Part shown: positions 36,474 to 46,818 of the stretch, piece by piece
Position numbering within the stretch: position 1 is the first letter of the stretch
Layout of the letters: every line of letters starts with the position of its first letter
Source: an uncultured Pelagibacteraceae bacterium
GTDB lineage: Bacteria > Pseudomonadota > Alphaproteobacteria > Pelagibacterales > Pelagibacteraceae
Reading direction: 5' to 3'
Length of the DNA: 64,000 bases
NCBI GenBank assembly: GCA_902611845.1
Contig: CACMAX010000001.1
Location: forward strand, 209,445 to 273,444
Notes under the pieces: model-generated
Seen by the model: the letters and a program-made list of their open reading frames with translations, nothing else
Told to the model about the DNA's origin: nothing
The model's database searches: none
Program-made: the position numbers and the translations under genes

Positions 36474-37649
36474 ATGTCAGAAATTTACAATATTATAGAT
36501 AAACAAAAGTTAGATATTGTATCTAAACCAATTAGTGAAGCTCATGGTTTACCAAATGAATGCTACATCAGTAAAGAATATACTTTAATTGAAAGAAAAA
36601 AATTATTTGAAGATAAGTGGATCGTCATTGGAGTTGGAAGTTCTATTCCAGATGAAGGTGATGTGAAACCAATTGATTTACTTGGAATACCCTTACTTAT
36701 TGTTAGAACAAAAAATAAAGAAATAAAAGTTTTTCATAATATTTGTAGTCATAGAGGAGTTAAATTAGTTAAAGAAGCTGGCAAAATTAGAAATGTTATG
36801 AGGTGCTCATATCATTCATGGTCATATGACTTAGAAGGAAAATTAGTAGCTACACCTCATATAGGAGGCATGAATATTCATCAAACACCTGAATTTGATA
36901 AATCAAAAAGTAATTTAAAAGAGATAAGATCATATATTTGGTTAGATCTAATTATGATTAACATTAACAACAATGAAATTTCATTTGAGGATTATATCAG
37001 TCCTTTAAGTCAAAGATGGGAAAAATTTTGGCCCTTAAAAGATAGAGAATTAATTTATCATGCAAATGATTATGGTTATTTTAAATTAGATGCAAAATGT
37101 AATTGGAAATTTGCAATTGAAAATTATTGTGAAAGCTATCATTTGCCTTGGGTTCATCCAGGATTAAATTCTTATTCAAAGTTAGAAGATCACTATCATA
37201 TTCAAGGTCTTCCAAATCGTTTCGCCGGACAAGGAACAGTGGTCTACAATCCAAGGTTTGAAGGAAAAGAAAAATTTCCTTGCTTTCCTAACTGGCCAAA
37301 AGATAAGGAAAATATAGCTGAGTATGTAGCACTATTTCCAAATGTTATGTTAGGAATTCACAAAGATCATTATTATGCTTATTGGTTAGAGCCAATCAAT
37401 CATGAGCTTACAGTAGAACATATGGAAATTTATTATGTTGGAGATGAAGCGGCAACTTCAACAAAGTATAAAACTTTAAGACAAAAAAATCACAAACAAT
37501 GGGAAGACATTCAAAAAGAAGATGTAGATATAATTCAAAGTATGCAAATAGGCAGAAACTCACCAGCTTATAATGGTGGTAATTTTTCTCCAAAGATGGA
37601 CAATCCAACACATCATTTTCATAAGTGGGTTGCTGGTAATTTAATTTAA
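36474..37649 (+). CDS. Rieske non-heme iron oxygenase alpha subunit (choline monooxygenase/betaine demethylase-like)
   Basis: Rieske motifs CSHRG and CSYHSW; mononuclear site NWKFAIENYCESYHLPWVHP and EDVD. Confidence 0.9.
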   Translation: MSEIYNIIDKQKLDIVSKPISEAHGLPNECYISKEYTLIERKKLFEDKWIVIGVGSSIPDEGDVKPIDLLGIPLLIVRTKNKEIKVFHNICSHRGVKLVKEAGKIRNVMRCSYHSWSYDLEGKLVATPHIGGMNIHQTPEFDKSKSNLKEIRSYIWLDLIMININNNEISFEDYISPLSQRWEKFWPLKDRELIYHANDYGYFKLDAKCNWKFAIENYCESYHLPWVHPGLNSYSKLEDHYHIQGLPNRFAGQGTVVYNPRFEGKEKFPCFPNWPKDKENIAEYVALFPNVMLGIHKDHYYAYWLEPINHELTVEHMEIYYVGDEAATSTKYKTLRQKNHKQWEDIQKEDVDIIQSMQIGRNSPAYNGGNFSPKMDNPTHHFHKWVAGNLI

Positions 37650-37664
37650 AGTTAAAACCTAAAA

Positions 37665-38075
37665 ATGAAAATTATACTAATCATGGGACTTCCAGGCGCA
37701 GGAAAAACTACATTAGCTGATGAACTTGCCCCATTGTTAAATGCAAAAAGATTAAATGCAGATGAAGTAAGAAAAGCTGCAAACGATTGGGATTTTTCAG
37801 AAGAGGGAAGAACAAGACAAGCAAAAAGAATGGCTTACTCTGCATTACAATTAAAAAATGAAGGAAATTATGTGATTGCAGATTTTATTTGTCCAACTCC
37901 AAAGGCAAGAAGTTTATTTCCTGCAGATTATATAGTCTGGGTAGACACAATAAAAGAAGGTAGATTTGATGATACTAATAAAATGTTTGTTAAACCAGAA
38001 AAATATGATTTTCATGTTACCACACAAGATGCTAAGTCTTGGGCACCAAAGATTTTAAAGGAGATAAAAAAATGA
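37665..38075 (+). CDS. Small P-loop kinase, adenylyl-sulfate kinase (CysC)-like
   Basis: GLPGAGKTT, LNADEVRK, WDFSEEGRTRQAKRM, IADFICP; only 136 aa. Confidence 0.7.
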   Translation: MKIILIMGLPGAGKTTLADELAPLLNAKRLNADEVRKAANDWDFSEEGRTRQAKRMAYSALQLKNEGNYVIADFICPTPKARSLFPADYIVWVDTIKEGRFDDTNKMFVKPEKYDFHVTTQDAKSWAPKILKEIKK

Positions 38076-38446
38076 CGTACCAATGGGACAATAAAAAACC
38101 AACAGCTCAAATGTTAGGAAGATGGCAACCGTTTCATGATGGTCACTATACTCTATTTAAGGAAATTATAAAAAAAACAGGACAAGTATGTATTCAAATT
38201 AGAGATGTACAAGGTGTTGATGATAACCCATTTGATTTTGAAACTGTCAAAAAAAATATTGAGGAAAAACTTAATCCAGAGTTTGAGGGTAGGTTCAAAA
38301 TTATGCTTGTCCCTAATATTACAAATATTTGTTATGGAAGAGGTGTTGGATATAAAATTGAAGAAATAGTTTTACCTGAAGAAATTCAAAAAATTTCAGC
38401 AACTAAAATTAGAGCTAAGATGAGAGAAGAAGGTAAATTAAAATAA
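38072..38446 (+). CDS. Small HxGH-motif nucleotidyltransferase (cytidylyltransferase-like superfamily)
   Basis: GRWQPFHDGH, DNPF, ISATKIR; ATGA overlap with the kinase and AGGAG SD. Confidence 0.78.
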   Translation: MTYQWDNKKPTAQMLGRWQPFHDGHYTLFKEIIKKTGQVCIQIRDVQGVDDNPFDFETVKKNIEEKLNPEFEGRFKIMLVPNITNICYGRGVGYKIEEIVLPEEIQKISATKIRAKMREEGKLK

Positions 38447-39220
38447 GTGACTGTAAAAATAAATAAATTATCACCTGGTGTTAAAAGAGTTTTAATTAAT
38501 GATCCAAAAACTTATAATTCCTTATCATACAATACTCTTTCGTCTTTATTAAAAGCATTCAAAAAATTAGATAACGACAAAGAGACTAGAGTTATTATTT
38601 TAGAAGGGGCTGGTAAAGGATTTAGTGCAGGCCATAACTTAAAAGAGGTAAGAGGTATAAAAAATAGATCTAATCATTTAAAACTATTTAAACTTTGTTC
38701 AAAACTAATGATGCAAATAGTAGAAGGAAACAAACCAGTAATAGCAAAAGTTCATGGTGCTGCTTATGCAGCTGGTTGTCAATTAGCAGCTAGTTGTGAT
38801 CTTGCATATAGTACAAACTCAGCAACATTTGCTACACCTGGAGTAAAAATTGGATTATTTTGTAGTACACCAATGGTAGCTGTCAGTCGAAAAATTAGTA
38901 GAAAAAGAATGATGGAAATGCTCTTAACTGGAGATCCAATTACTGCAAAATATGCAAAGGAAATAGGTTTGATAAATGATCATTACAGTCCAAAAACTTT
39001 GAATAAAAAAGTTTTAGATATTGCAAAAAAAATATCTTCAAAATCAAATTTAACCATCAAAATAGGTAAAAAAGGTTTTTATAAACAATTAGAAATGCCA
39101 TTAGGTAAAGCTTACGATTACACAAGTAAGATGATGACACTTAATATGTCATCTTATGATGCTAAAGAAGGTATTAGTGCATTTATCGAAAAAAGAAATC
39201 CAAGTTGGAAAAACAAATAA
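38447..39220 (+). CDS. Enoyl-CoA hydratase/isomerase family protein
   Basis: FSAGHNLKE, AKVHGAAYAAGCQLAASCD, TPGVKIGLFC. Confidence 0.92.
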   Translation: MTVKINKLSPGVKRVLINDPKTYNSLSYNTLSSLLKAFKKLDNDKETRVIILEGAGKGFSAGHNLKEVRGIKNRSNHLKLFKLCSKLMMQIVEGNKPVIAKVHGAAYAAGCQLAASCDLAYSTNSATFATPGVKIGLFCSTPMVAVSRKISRKRMMEMLLTGDPITAKYAKEIGLINDHYSPKTLNKKVLDIAKKISSKSNLTIKIGKKGFYKQLEMPLGKAYDYTSKMMTLNMSSYDAKEGISAFIEKRNPSWKNK

Positions 39221-39280
39221 CCATTAAGTTGAAGTCACTTAAAAAAAAGATTAAGTTGTAATCAAAGGAGAAAATCAATC

Positions 39281-40633
39281 ATGGATGGATGCTGTGGCCC
39301 TGGATATGCTAGTCCTGCAGAAGCAATAAAAGCACCAAAAGAAAAGCTTTTATATACAATAGCTATCTACACAGGGACGGGAATACAAAAACCAGACTAT
39401 TTAGCAACAGTTGATGTTGATCCTCAAAGCCCAACTTATTCTAAAGTAATTCATAGACTTGAAATGCCAGGTATTGGTGATGAATTGCATCACATGGGAT
39501 GGAATGCATGCTCTTCTTGTCATGGCGACTCAAATATGAGCAGAAAATATTTGTTAGTTCCAGGTGTTAGATCAAATAACATTTATGTAGTTGATACTGC
39601 ATCTGATCCTAGGGCTCCTAAAATACATAAAGTAGTTGATGGATCTGAAATAAAGAAAAAAACTAATTTATCAGGACCGCATACAGTTCATTGCCTAGGT
39701 TCTGAAATTATCATTTCTTTTCTTGGAGATGCTCGAGGAGAAGCTCCAGGAGGATATTTACATTTAAATAAAGATTTTGAAATTGTAGGTAGATGGGAAA
39801 ATTCAATGGGAGACATACCTTTTAGTTATGACTTCTGGTATCAACCAAGACACAATGTAATGGTTAGTTCTGAATGGGCTGCTCCTAATACATTCATGCC
39901 TGGATTTGATTTAGAGGAAGTTGGTCATTTAAAATATGGAAGAAGACTTCATGTTTGGGATTTTAAAAAAAAAGAGCCAGTTCAAACGATGTATTTAGGT
40001 GAAGACGGTTTAATACCTTTAGAAGTAAAATTTATGCATAATCCTGATAGTAGTCATGGATTTTGTGGTGCTGCGCTAAGTGCAAATGTAATTCATTTTT
40101 GGAAATCAAAAGAAGGTAAATGGGAATGGGAAAAAATAATTGATGTTGAAAATGAACCACATCCTGATTGGCCAATTCCTGTACCTGGAGTTATGTCGGC
40201 AATATTGGTTTCTATGGATGATAAATATCTCTATATAAATAATTGGCTTCATGGAGATATGAGACAATACGATATTTCAGATCCGCACAATCCTAAATTA
40301 ACTGGTCAAGTTTGGATGGGTGGATTGTTAGGAAAGGCTCCAGAAGTAAATGGTGTTAAAATTGCTGGTGGTCCTCAAATGTATCAATTATCTTTAGATG
40401 GTAAAAGGATGTATGTAACAACATCATTATTTTCTACTTGGGATAATCAATTTTATCCTGAAATAAGAAAACAGGGGGGAGCAATGATTATGATTGATTG
40501 TGATGTTGAAAATGGTGGGATGAAAATTAATAAAGATTTTATTGTTGATTTTGGTAAAGAGCCAAATGGACCTAGTAGGTGCCATGAAAGTAGATATCCA
40601 GGTGGAGATTGCACAAGCGACATCTGGCTATGA
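39281..40633 (+). CDS. SBP56/SELENBP1-type protein, candidate cytoplasmic methanethiol oxidase
   Basis: CCGPGYASP, DELHHMGWNACSS, HTVHC, YDFWYQPRHNVM, PLEVKF, GGPQMYQLSLDGKR, RYPGGDCTSDIWL; no signal peptide. Confidence 0.9.
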   Translation: MDGCCGPGYASPAEAIKAPKEKLLYTIAIYTGTGIQKPDYLATVDVDPQSPTYSKVIHRLEMPGIGDELHHMGWNACSSCHGDSNMSRKYLLVPGVRSNNIYVVDTASDPRAPKIHKVVDGSEIKKKTNLSGPHTVHCLGSEIIISFLGDARGEAPGGYLHLNKDFEIVGRWENSMGDIPFSYDFWYQPRHNVMVSSEWAAPNTFMPGFDLEEVGHLKYGRRLHVWDFKKKEPVQTMYLGEDGLIPLEVKFMHNPDSSHGFCGAALSANVIHFWKSKEGKWEWEKIIDVENEPHPDWPIPVPGVMSAILVSMDDKYLYINNWLHGDMRQYDISDPHNPKLTGQVWMGGLLGKAPEVNGVKIAGGPQMYQLSLDGKRMYVTTSLFSTWDNQFYPEIRKQGGAMIMIDCDVENGGMKINKDFIVDFGKEPNGPSRCHESRYPGGDCTSDIWL

Positions 40634-40995
40634 CAAAGATTACAATCTCAAACAGAAATAACAGTGCATTTGAAGTCAGTGGAAAAAAACCTTTATTAAA
40701 CGAATTAAGAGATCAAGGTGTCGATCTTCCATACGGATGTCAGTATGGAGGATGTATTACATGTGCAGCTAAACTAATAAATGGGGAAGTAGATCAACGT
40801 TCTCAAGTTGCTTTAAATAACAGACAAATAAATGATGGATATATTATTTTATGTGTTGCTAAAGCAAAAACAGATTGCACAATTGAGATAGGAGTTGAAA
40901 GTCATGATAAATTATACCGAAATCCTTTTCTTGATCCTTTAGAGCCACACGAATTAAAAGCAGATATTGCAAGTAAAAAGGATGAAAAAAAATAA
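40630..40995 (+). CDS. Plant-type 2Fe-2S ferredoxin
   Basis: LPYGCQYGGCITC...LCVA; ATGA overlap with the SBP56 stop. Confidence 0.9.
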   Translation: MTKITISNRNNSAFEVSGKKPLLNELRDQGVDLPYGCQYGGCITCAAKLINGEVDQRSQVALNNRQINDGYIILCVAKAKTDCTIEIGVESHDKLYRNPFLDPLEPHELKADIASKKDEKK

Positions 40996-40997
40996 AA

Positions 40998-41447
40998 ATG
41001 AACCATAACGAACCTTATAGCGCTGAATATTTAAAAGATATTTTAAGCTCAGTTAAGACAATTGCTATGGTTGGTGCTAGCCCTGATAAAACTAAATTTA
41101 GTTATGGTGTATTAAGAGTTTTGCACGAAACTGGCTATGATATGATACCTGTAAACCCTAAACCAGGTATAAAGGAAATTAGAAATTTAAAAGTTTATCC
41201 AAATTTATCTGCTATCGATAGACCCGTTGATATGGTTGAAGTATTTAGAAAATCAGAGGATCTTTATGGAATTGCTGAAGAGGCAATATCAATTGGAGCA
41301 AAGGTTTTGTGGGGACAAATCGGTGTAATTAATCATGATGCAGCAAAAATTGCTGAAGATGCAGGTTTAAAAGTAGTTATGAATAGATGTCCAAAAATTG
41401 AACTCTTCAGACCATTTTGGAAACCGCGACTAGATCTTAAAATTTAA
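40998..41447 (+). CDS. CoA-binding domain protein (YccU-like), copy 1
   Basis: TIAMVGASP, IPVNP, VDMVEVFR, LWGQIG, VVMNRCPKIE. Confidence 0.88.
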   Translation: MNHNEPYSAEYLKDILSSVKTIAMVGASPDKTKFSYGVLRVLHETGYDMIPVNPKPGIKEIRNLKVYPNLSAIDRPVDMVEVFRKSEDLYGIAEEAISIGAKVLWGQIGVINHDAAKIAEDAGLKVVMNRCPKIELFRPFWKPRLDLKI

Positions 41448-41455
41448 ATCAAATT

Positions 41456-41881
41456 ATGGATACAACACTTTTAGATGAAAAAATAAAAGAACTATATTTA
41501 AGTTATAGGACGATAGCAATTGTTGGAGCAAGCCCAGACTCAAAAAAAACTTCCAATATAATAATGAAATATTTAAGAAATACAGGTTACAAAGTTTTTC
41601 CCGTTAATCCAGTAACAGATAATAAAATTATACATGGTGAACCAGTTTATAAAAAACTAACGGATATTAAAGATCATGTTGGAATTGTTAATGTTTTTAG
41701 ACCTAGTGAGGAGGCTGAGGAAATAGCAAAACAAACAATAGAAATTGGTGCAAATGTATTATGGTTGCAATTAGGAATTCACAACGAAAATGCAGCTAAA
41801 TTAGTCTCTCAAAATAAAATTTATTATATCTCTAATAAATGTATTAAAAACGAATACGATAGATTATTCAAAACTATATAA
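41456..41881 (+). CDS. CoA-binding domain protein (YccU-like), copy 2
   Basis: TIAIVGASP, FPVNP, IVNVFRP, LWLQLGI, NKCIKNE. Confidence 0.88.
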   Translation: MDTTLLDEKIKELYLSYRTIAIVGASPDSKKTSNIIMKYLRNTGYKVFPVNPVTDNKIIHGEPVYKKLTDIKDHVGIVNVFRPSEEAEEIAKQTIEIGANVLWLQLGIHNENAAKLVSQNKIYYISNKCIKNEYDRLFKTI

Positions 41882-41947
41882 TATCAAATTATTAAGTGTG
41901 ATATTAAGACCTTTTATTTCATTTTAAATTTAAGATAAATTTAAAAT

Positions 41948-42409
41948 ATGAAATCCAAAATTTTATTTTTTTTAATTACATTTTTTTATTTTAATTCTTC
42001 ATTTGCCGATGTTTTAAAACCAAGTGTGAATATAGATCCAAAACAAGTTGTTTTAATTCAATTAAAGGCATTAATGAAAAATGACAGTCCATATAAAGAT
42101 AGAGGGATTGAGCAAACATGGGAATTTGCACATCCAAATAATCAAAGGATGACAGGTCCATTAGATAGATTTAAAAGAATGTTAAAAGGGGCTTCATACT
42201 CGATGCTGATTGATCACAAAGAAAATACAGTAACTGAAATTTACAAATCAAGTTCAATGGCAACTTATGAAGTTGTTGTCTTGGATAAGGACAAACAATA
42301 TTTTAAATTTAAATGGAAAGTTGAAAAGAATAATAAAGAAGGCAATCTTTTAGATTGCTGGCTAACAACAGCGGTTTCACAACCAATACCAATGGGATCA
42401 TCAATATAA
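41948..42409 (+). CDS. Exported protein, DUF4864-like
   Basis: Signal peptide (SSFA-D), WEFAHP, GPLDRFKRM, CWLT. Confidence 0.6.
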   Translation: MKSKILFFLITFFYFNSSFADVLKPSVNIDPKQVVLIQLKALMKNDSPYKDRGIEQTWEFAHPNNQRMTGPLDRFKRMLKGASYSMLIDHKENTVTEIYKSSSMATYEVVVLDKDKQYFKFKWKVEKNNKEGNLLDCWLTTAVSQPIPMGSSI

Positions 42410-42612
42410 TGAAAAAGCCTCCAATGTATATTAGGTATGCAATTCTAATGTTTATATTATGCTTTCCAACAATTTCATCCACTCAACTTGGGTGGTATTT
42501 TTGGGGAAGTGAAGTTGGGATTAATATTGGCATGGTAGTAGGTACAATTTCCGTCATAGTTGCCGCTTATTTAATGTTCAGAATGGGCTGGCGTGACGCA
42601 GATGATGAATAA
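42409..42612 (+). CDS. Small two-TM membrane protein (67 aa)
   Basis: MKKPPMYIRYAILMFILCFP...GWRDADDE; TAATG overlap with the upstream gene. Confidence 0.65.
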   Translation: MKKPPMYIRYAILMFILCFPTISSTQLGWYFWGSEVGINIGMVVGTISVIVAAYLMFRMGWRDADDE

Positions 42613-42658
42613 TAGAATTTTGTTTCGTTAGTAATTAAAATTTAGTAGGAATCTGATA

Positions 42659-45091
42659 ATGAAATCCAAAGCAAAAGTTGTTGTAGTGGGTGGTGGAGTA
42701 GTAGGAGTTAGTGCACTCTATCACTTAGCAAAAAAAGGTTGGTCAGATGTTGTTTTAATTGAAAGAAAAGAATTAACATCAGGCTCAACTTGGCATGCGG
42801 CTGGCTTATTACCATTATTTAATATGAGTTATTCTGTGGGACAACTTCATAAGTATGCTGTCAATTTGTATAAAACTTTAGAAGAAGAGACAGGCAAGAA
42901 TGTAGGTTTCAGCGTTGTATCTAATATTAGATTAGCAAGCACTAAAGATAGAATGGATGAATACTTTCAATACGCTGGTGTTGCTCAAACAATAGGTGTT
43001 GATGTAAAATTTTTAACTCCAGATCAAGTTAAGGAAATATGGCCATTATGCAATACATCAGATTTAGTTGGTGCAATACAACACCCTGAAGATGGATATA
43101 TCCAACCAGCAGATTTAACTCAAGCACTTGCAACAGGTGCAAGAAATAGAGGAGCAGAAATTTATAGAAATACAAATGTTGTTGGAATGAAACAAACTAA
43201 AGATGGCTGGGTTGTTGAAACAGATAAAGGGTCCATAGAATGTGAACATATTATTTCTTGTTCAGGAAATTTTGCAAGACAAACTGGAAAGATGGTTGGA
43301 TTAGATATTCCAGTTATTCCAGTAGAACATCAATACATTGTTACTGAACCCCATCCAGAAATTCAAAAAAGAAAAAAAGATGGATTACCAGAGATGGGAG
43401 TTTTAAGGGATAGTGATAGCAGATGGTATATGAGAGAAGAAGCAGGTGGATTAATTTTAGGACCATATGAAGATGGTGCACCAGCTTGTTATGTAGATGG
43501 ACCATCAAAAGATTCTGAATATGAATTATTTCAGGAAGATTTGGATAGATTGGCTCCACACATTGAAGGTGCGATACATAGAGTCCCTGCTTTTGGAGAA
43601 GTGGGAGTTAAGAAAGTTTATAACGGTGCAATTTGTTATACACCTGATGGTAACCCAATTGTTGGTCCTGCTTGGGGATTGAAAAATTTTTGGATAAATG
43701 AAGGTCATAGCTTTGGTATCACTGCAGCAGGTGGAGCAGGATGGCAACTTGCTGAATGGATTGTAGATGGTGAACCCACAATTGATATGCTTGGTGTTGA
43801 ACCAAGAAGGTATGGAGATTATTGCTCTAAATCATATTTAAAAGCTAAAAATGAAGAAGCCTACAGTCACGTTTTCATAACTCACTTCCCTGATGAAGAA
43901 AGACCAGCAGCAAGACCATTAAGAACAGCACCATGTTATGACAGAATTAAAAATTTAGGAGCAGTGTTTGGTCAAAAATTTGGATGGGAACGACCTAACT
44001 TTTTTGCAACTGATGGAATGGAGCAAAAGGATGATTGGTCATTTAGAAGATCAAAATGGTTCAATGCAATGGAAAAAGAATGCAAAAATGTAAAAGAAAA
44101 TGTAGGTCTTTTGGATATGACTGCATTTGCAAAATGTAGAATTAAAGGACCTGGTGCTGAAGAATTTTTAGATAATTTAGTTGCAAACAAATTACCAAAA
44201 AAAGTTGGAAGAATTAATTTATGTCACGCTTTAAATACTAAAGGTGGAGTTCATTCTGAATTTACTATTATGAGAGAGTCACATGATAGCTTTTATTTAG
44301 TATCAGCAGGAGCTTTCCAAAGATTAGATCATGATTGGATTTTAAAATGGATGCCTTCAGATGGTTCAGTGCAGTTTGAAAATTTAACTAATAGTAATGG
44401 AGTTTTGGTTGTTTCAGGTCCAAAAGCAAGAGAGTTAATGCAAAGAGTTTCAAAAGATGATTTTTCAAATGAAAACTTTAAATGGCTAAGTGCAAAAATG
44501 GTTGATGTAGGGTACGCACCAGTAAATGCTATGAGAGTTAATTTTGTTGGTGAATTAGGATGGGAACTTCATCACCCAATTGAATATCAAAATCATATTT
44601 TTGATAAACTTATGGAAGCAGGACAAGATCTTGGGATAAAGCCTTATGGTATTAGAGCTATGAATAGTTTGAGAGTAGAAAAATCATATAAATTAGTTGG
44701 AACAGAATTATCGATTGAATACTCACCTTATGAAAGTGGTCTTGATAGATTTATACACCCTAATAAAGGAAGTTTTATTGGACTTGAAGCATTGAACAAG
44801 TGGAGAGAAAAAGGTTTTGATAACAAACTTGTTACCTTAGAAGTTCACAATCCAAAAGATGCAGATGTTTTGGGCAATAACCCAATTTATGAAAATGGAA
44901 GTGTAATAGGAAGAGCAACAGGTGGAGATTTTGGTTTTAGAATTGGAAAATCTTTAGCATTAGGAATGGTTAAACCAGAATTAGCAAATGTTGGACAAAA
45001 ACTTAAAATTGAAATATTAGGTGAGAAATATGATGCAACAATTTTAGATGAAAGTCCTTACGATCCTGAAAACAATTTATTAAGAGCTTAA
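42659..45091 (+). CDS. GcvT-family FAD-dependent oxidoreductase (dimethylglycine dehydrogenase-like)
   Basis: [33 protein letters not shown], and a C-terminal GcvT domain. Confidence 0.9.
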   Translation: MKSKAKVVVVGGGVVGVSALYHLAKKGWSDVVLIERKELTSGSTWHAAGLLPLFNMSYSVGQLHKYAVNLYKTLEEETGKNVGFSVVSNIRLASTKDRMDEYFQYAGVAQTIGVDVKFLTPDQVKEIWPLCNTSDLVGAIQHPEDGYIQPADLTQALATGARNRGAEIYRNTNVVGMKQTKDGWVVETDKGSIECEHIISCSGNFARQTGKMVGLDIPVIPVEHQYIVTEPHPEIQKRKKDGLPEMGVLRDSDSRWYMREEAGGLILGPYEDGAPACYVDGPSKDSEYELFQEDLDRLAPHIEGAIHRVPAFGEVGVKKVYNGAICYTPDGNPIVGPAWGLKNFWINEGHSFGITAAGGAGWQLAEWIVDGEPTIDMLGVEPRRYGDYCSKSYLKAKNEEAYSHVFITHFPDEERPAARPLRTAPCYDRIKNLGAVFGQKFGWERPNFFATDGMEQKDDWSFRRSKWFNAMEKECKNVKENVGLLDMTAFAKCRIKGPGAEEFLDNLVANKLPKKVGRINLCHALNTKGGVHSEFTIMRESHDSFYLVSAGAFQRLDHDWILKWMPSDGSVQFENLTNSNGVLVVSGPKARELMQRVSKDDFSNENFKWLSAKMVDVGYAPVNAMRVNFVGELGWELHHPIEYQNHIFDKLMEAGQDLGIKPYGIRAMNSLRVEKSYKLVGTELSIEYSPYESGLDRFIHPNKGSFIGLEALNKWREKGFDNKLVTLEVHNPKDADVLGNNPIYENGSVIGRATGGDFGFRIGKSLALGMVKPELANVGQKLKIEILGEKYDATILDESPYDPENNLLRA

Positions 45092-45840
45092 TGAAAATAT
45101 TAGTCGCTGTTAAAAGAGTTATTGATTACAACGTTCAAATACGAGTTAAAGAAGATGGCTCAGGTGTTGTTACTGACAACGTTAAAATGTCAACAAATCC
45201 ACCAGATGATAATGCGATAGAAGAAGCAGTAAAAATTAAAGAGGCTGGCAAAGCTAAAGAAATAGTTGCAATTACAATTGGTGAAGAAAAAGCTCAAGAA
45301 ACAGTTAGAAAAGCTTTAGCAGTTGGAGCGGATAGGGGAATACATGTCAAAGTTGATAATGTGATTGAACCATTAGCAGTTTCAAAAATTTTAAAAAAAA
45401 TTGTAGAAAAAGAAAATCCTGATTTAGTATTTATGGGAAAACAAGCAATTGATGATGACTGTAATCAAACTGGTCAGATGCTTGCAGCTTTATTAAATTG
45501 GCCTCAAGCAACTTTTGCATCTAAAATTGAAGTAAAAGATAATGCATTAGAGGTAACACGTGAAATTGACGAAGGTTTGGAAACCATTGAAGTGAATGTT
45601 CCAGCAATTGTTACATGTGATTTAAGATTAAATGAACCAAGATATGCTTCACTTCCAAATATTATGAAAGCTAAGAAAAAACCAATAGAACAGATAAATG
45701 CTTCAGATTTAGGAGTTGATATCAATCCAAGAATCGAACAAATTAAAGTTGAAGAGCCACCAAAAAGAAAAGCTGGAATAAAAGTCGCTAGTGTAGAAGA
45801 ATTAGTGCAAAAATTAAAAAATGAGGCTAAGGTAATTTAA
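45091..45840 (+). CDS. etfB: Electron transfer flavoprotein beta subunit
   Basis: [33 protein letters not shown]. Confidence 0.97.
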   Translation: MKILVAVKRVIDYNVQIRVKEDGSGVVTDNVKMSTNPPDDNAIEEAVKIKEAGKAKEIVAITIGEEKAQETVRKALAVGADRGIHVKVDNVIEPLAVSKILKKIVEKENPDLVFMGKQAIDDDCNQTGQMLAALLNWPQATFASKIEVKDNALEVTREIDEGLETIEVNVPAIVTCDLRLNEPRYASLPNIMKAKKKPIEQINASDLGVDINPRIEQIKVEEPPKRKAGIKVASVEELVQKLKNEAKVI

Positions 45841-46794
45841 ATGTCGGTATTATTAATTGCAGAACATAACAATAAAGAAGTAAGACCATTTACATATAAT
45901 GCTATTACAGCAGCTTCTCAAATAAACGAGGATCTTCATGTTTTGGTTTTAGGTCATCAGGCTGACGAAGTTGCAAAATCTTTATCTGAAGTTCCAAGTG
46001 TAAAAAAAGTTATTCATGTCGATAATGAGATTTACGAAAACTATATCGCAGAAAATTATACATCAGCAATAATTAAGCATGCAGAAAATTATTCACACAT
46101 TGTAAGCTCAGCAAATACATTTGGCAAAAATTTAATGCCAAGAATCGCAGCATTACTAGATACGTCTCAAGTAAGCGATATAATTAAAGTTATTTCTGAA
46201 GATACTTTTTTAAGACCAATTTATGCAGGAAATGCTTTTGCTACGGTTAAAAGTAATGACAAAAAAAAATGTGTTACTATTAGACCGACGTCGTTTGACC
46301 CTGCTGATAAGAGTGGTGGATCTGCTGAAATTACAAAATCTGATCCAGCAGAAGCTAGTTCATCTACTAAATTTCTAAAGAAAGAAGAAGTTAAGTCAGA
46401 CAGACCAGAGCTTGGAACAGCCAGAATAGTAATTTCTGGTGGCAGAGGAATGCAAAATGGTGAAAATTTCAAATTAATCAGTGATATTGCTGATAAACTT
46501 AATGCAGCAATTGGAGCATCAAGAGCAGCAGTTGATGCTGGTTATATCACTAATGATCATCAAGTAGGACAAACGGGAAAAGTTGTGGTTCCAGATTTAT
46601 ATATTGCAGTTGGAATTTCAGGTGCGATACAGCACTTAGCAGGAATGAAAGAAAGTAAAGTTATTGTAGCTATAAATAAAGACGGTGAAGCTCCAATTTT
46701 TAGTGTCGCAGATTACGGATTAGAAGCAGATCTTTTTGAGGCGCTTCCTCAGTTTTTGTCAGAATTGAACAAATTAAACACTATACAAAAATAG
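45841..46794 (+). CDS. etfA: Electron transfer flavoprotein alpha subunit
   Basis: RPIYAGNA, SGGRG, GASRAAVDAG, QVGQTGK, GISGAIQHLAG. Confidence 0.97.
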   Translation: MSVLLIAEHNNKEVRPFTYNAITAASQINEDLHVLVLGHQADEVAKSLSEVPSVKKVIHVDNEIYENYIAENYTSAIIKHAENYSHIVSSANTFGKNLMPRIAALLDTSQVSDIIKVISEDTFLRPIYAGNAFATVKSNDKKKCVTIRPTSFDPADKSGGSAEITKSDPAEASSSTKFLKKEEVKSDRPELGTARIVISGGRGMQNGENFKLISDIADKLNAAIGASRAAVDAGYITNDHQVGQTGKVVVPDLYIAVGISGAIQHLAGMKESKVIVAINKDGEAPIFSVADYGLEADLFEALPQFLSELNKLNTIQK

Positions 46795-46818
46795 CAAATA
46801 CTGTAAGAAATTATCATT

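Noticed and set aside
41921-41947. 12-bp inverted repeat ATTTTAAATTTA-AGA-TAAATTTAAAAT before the DUF4864-like gene
   Set aside because: The arms are A/T only, with weak pairing and high chance expectation
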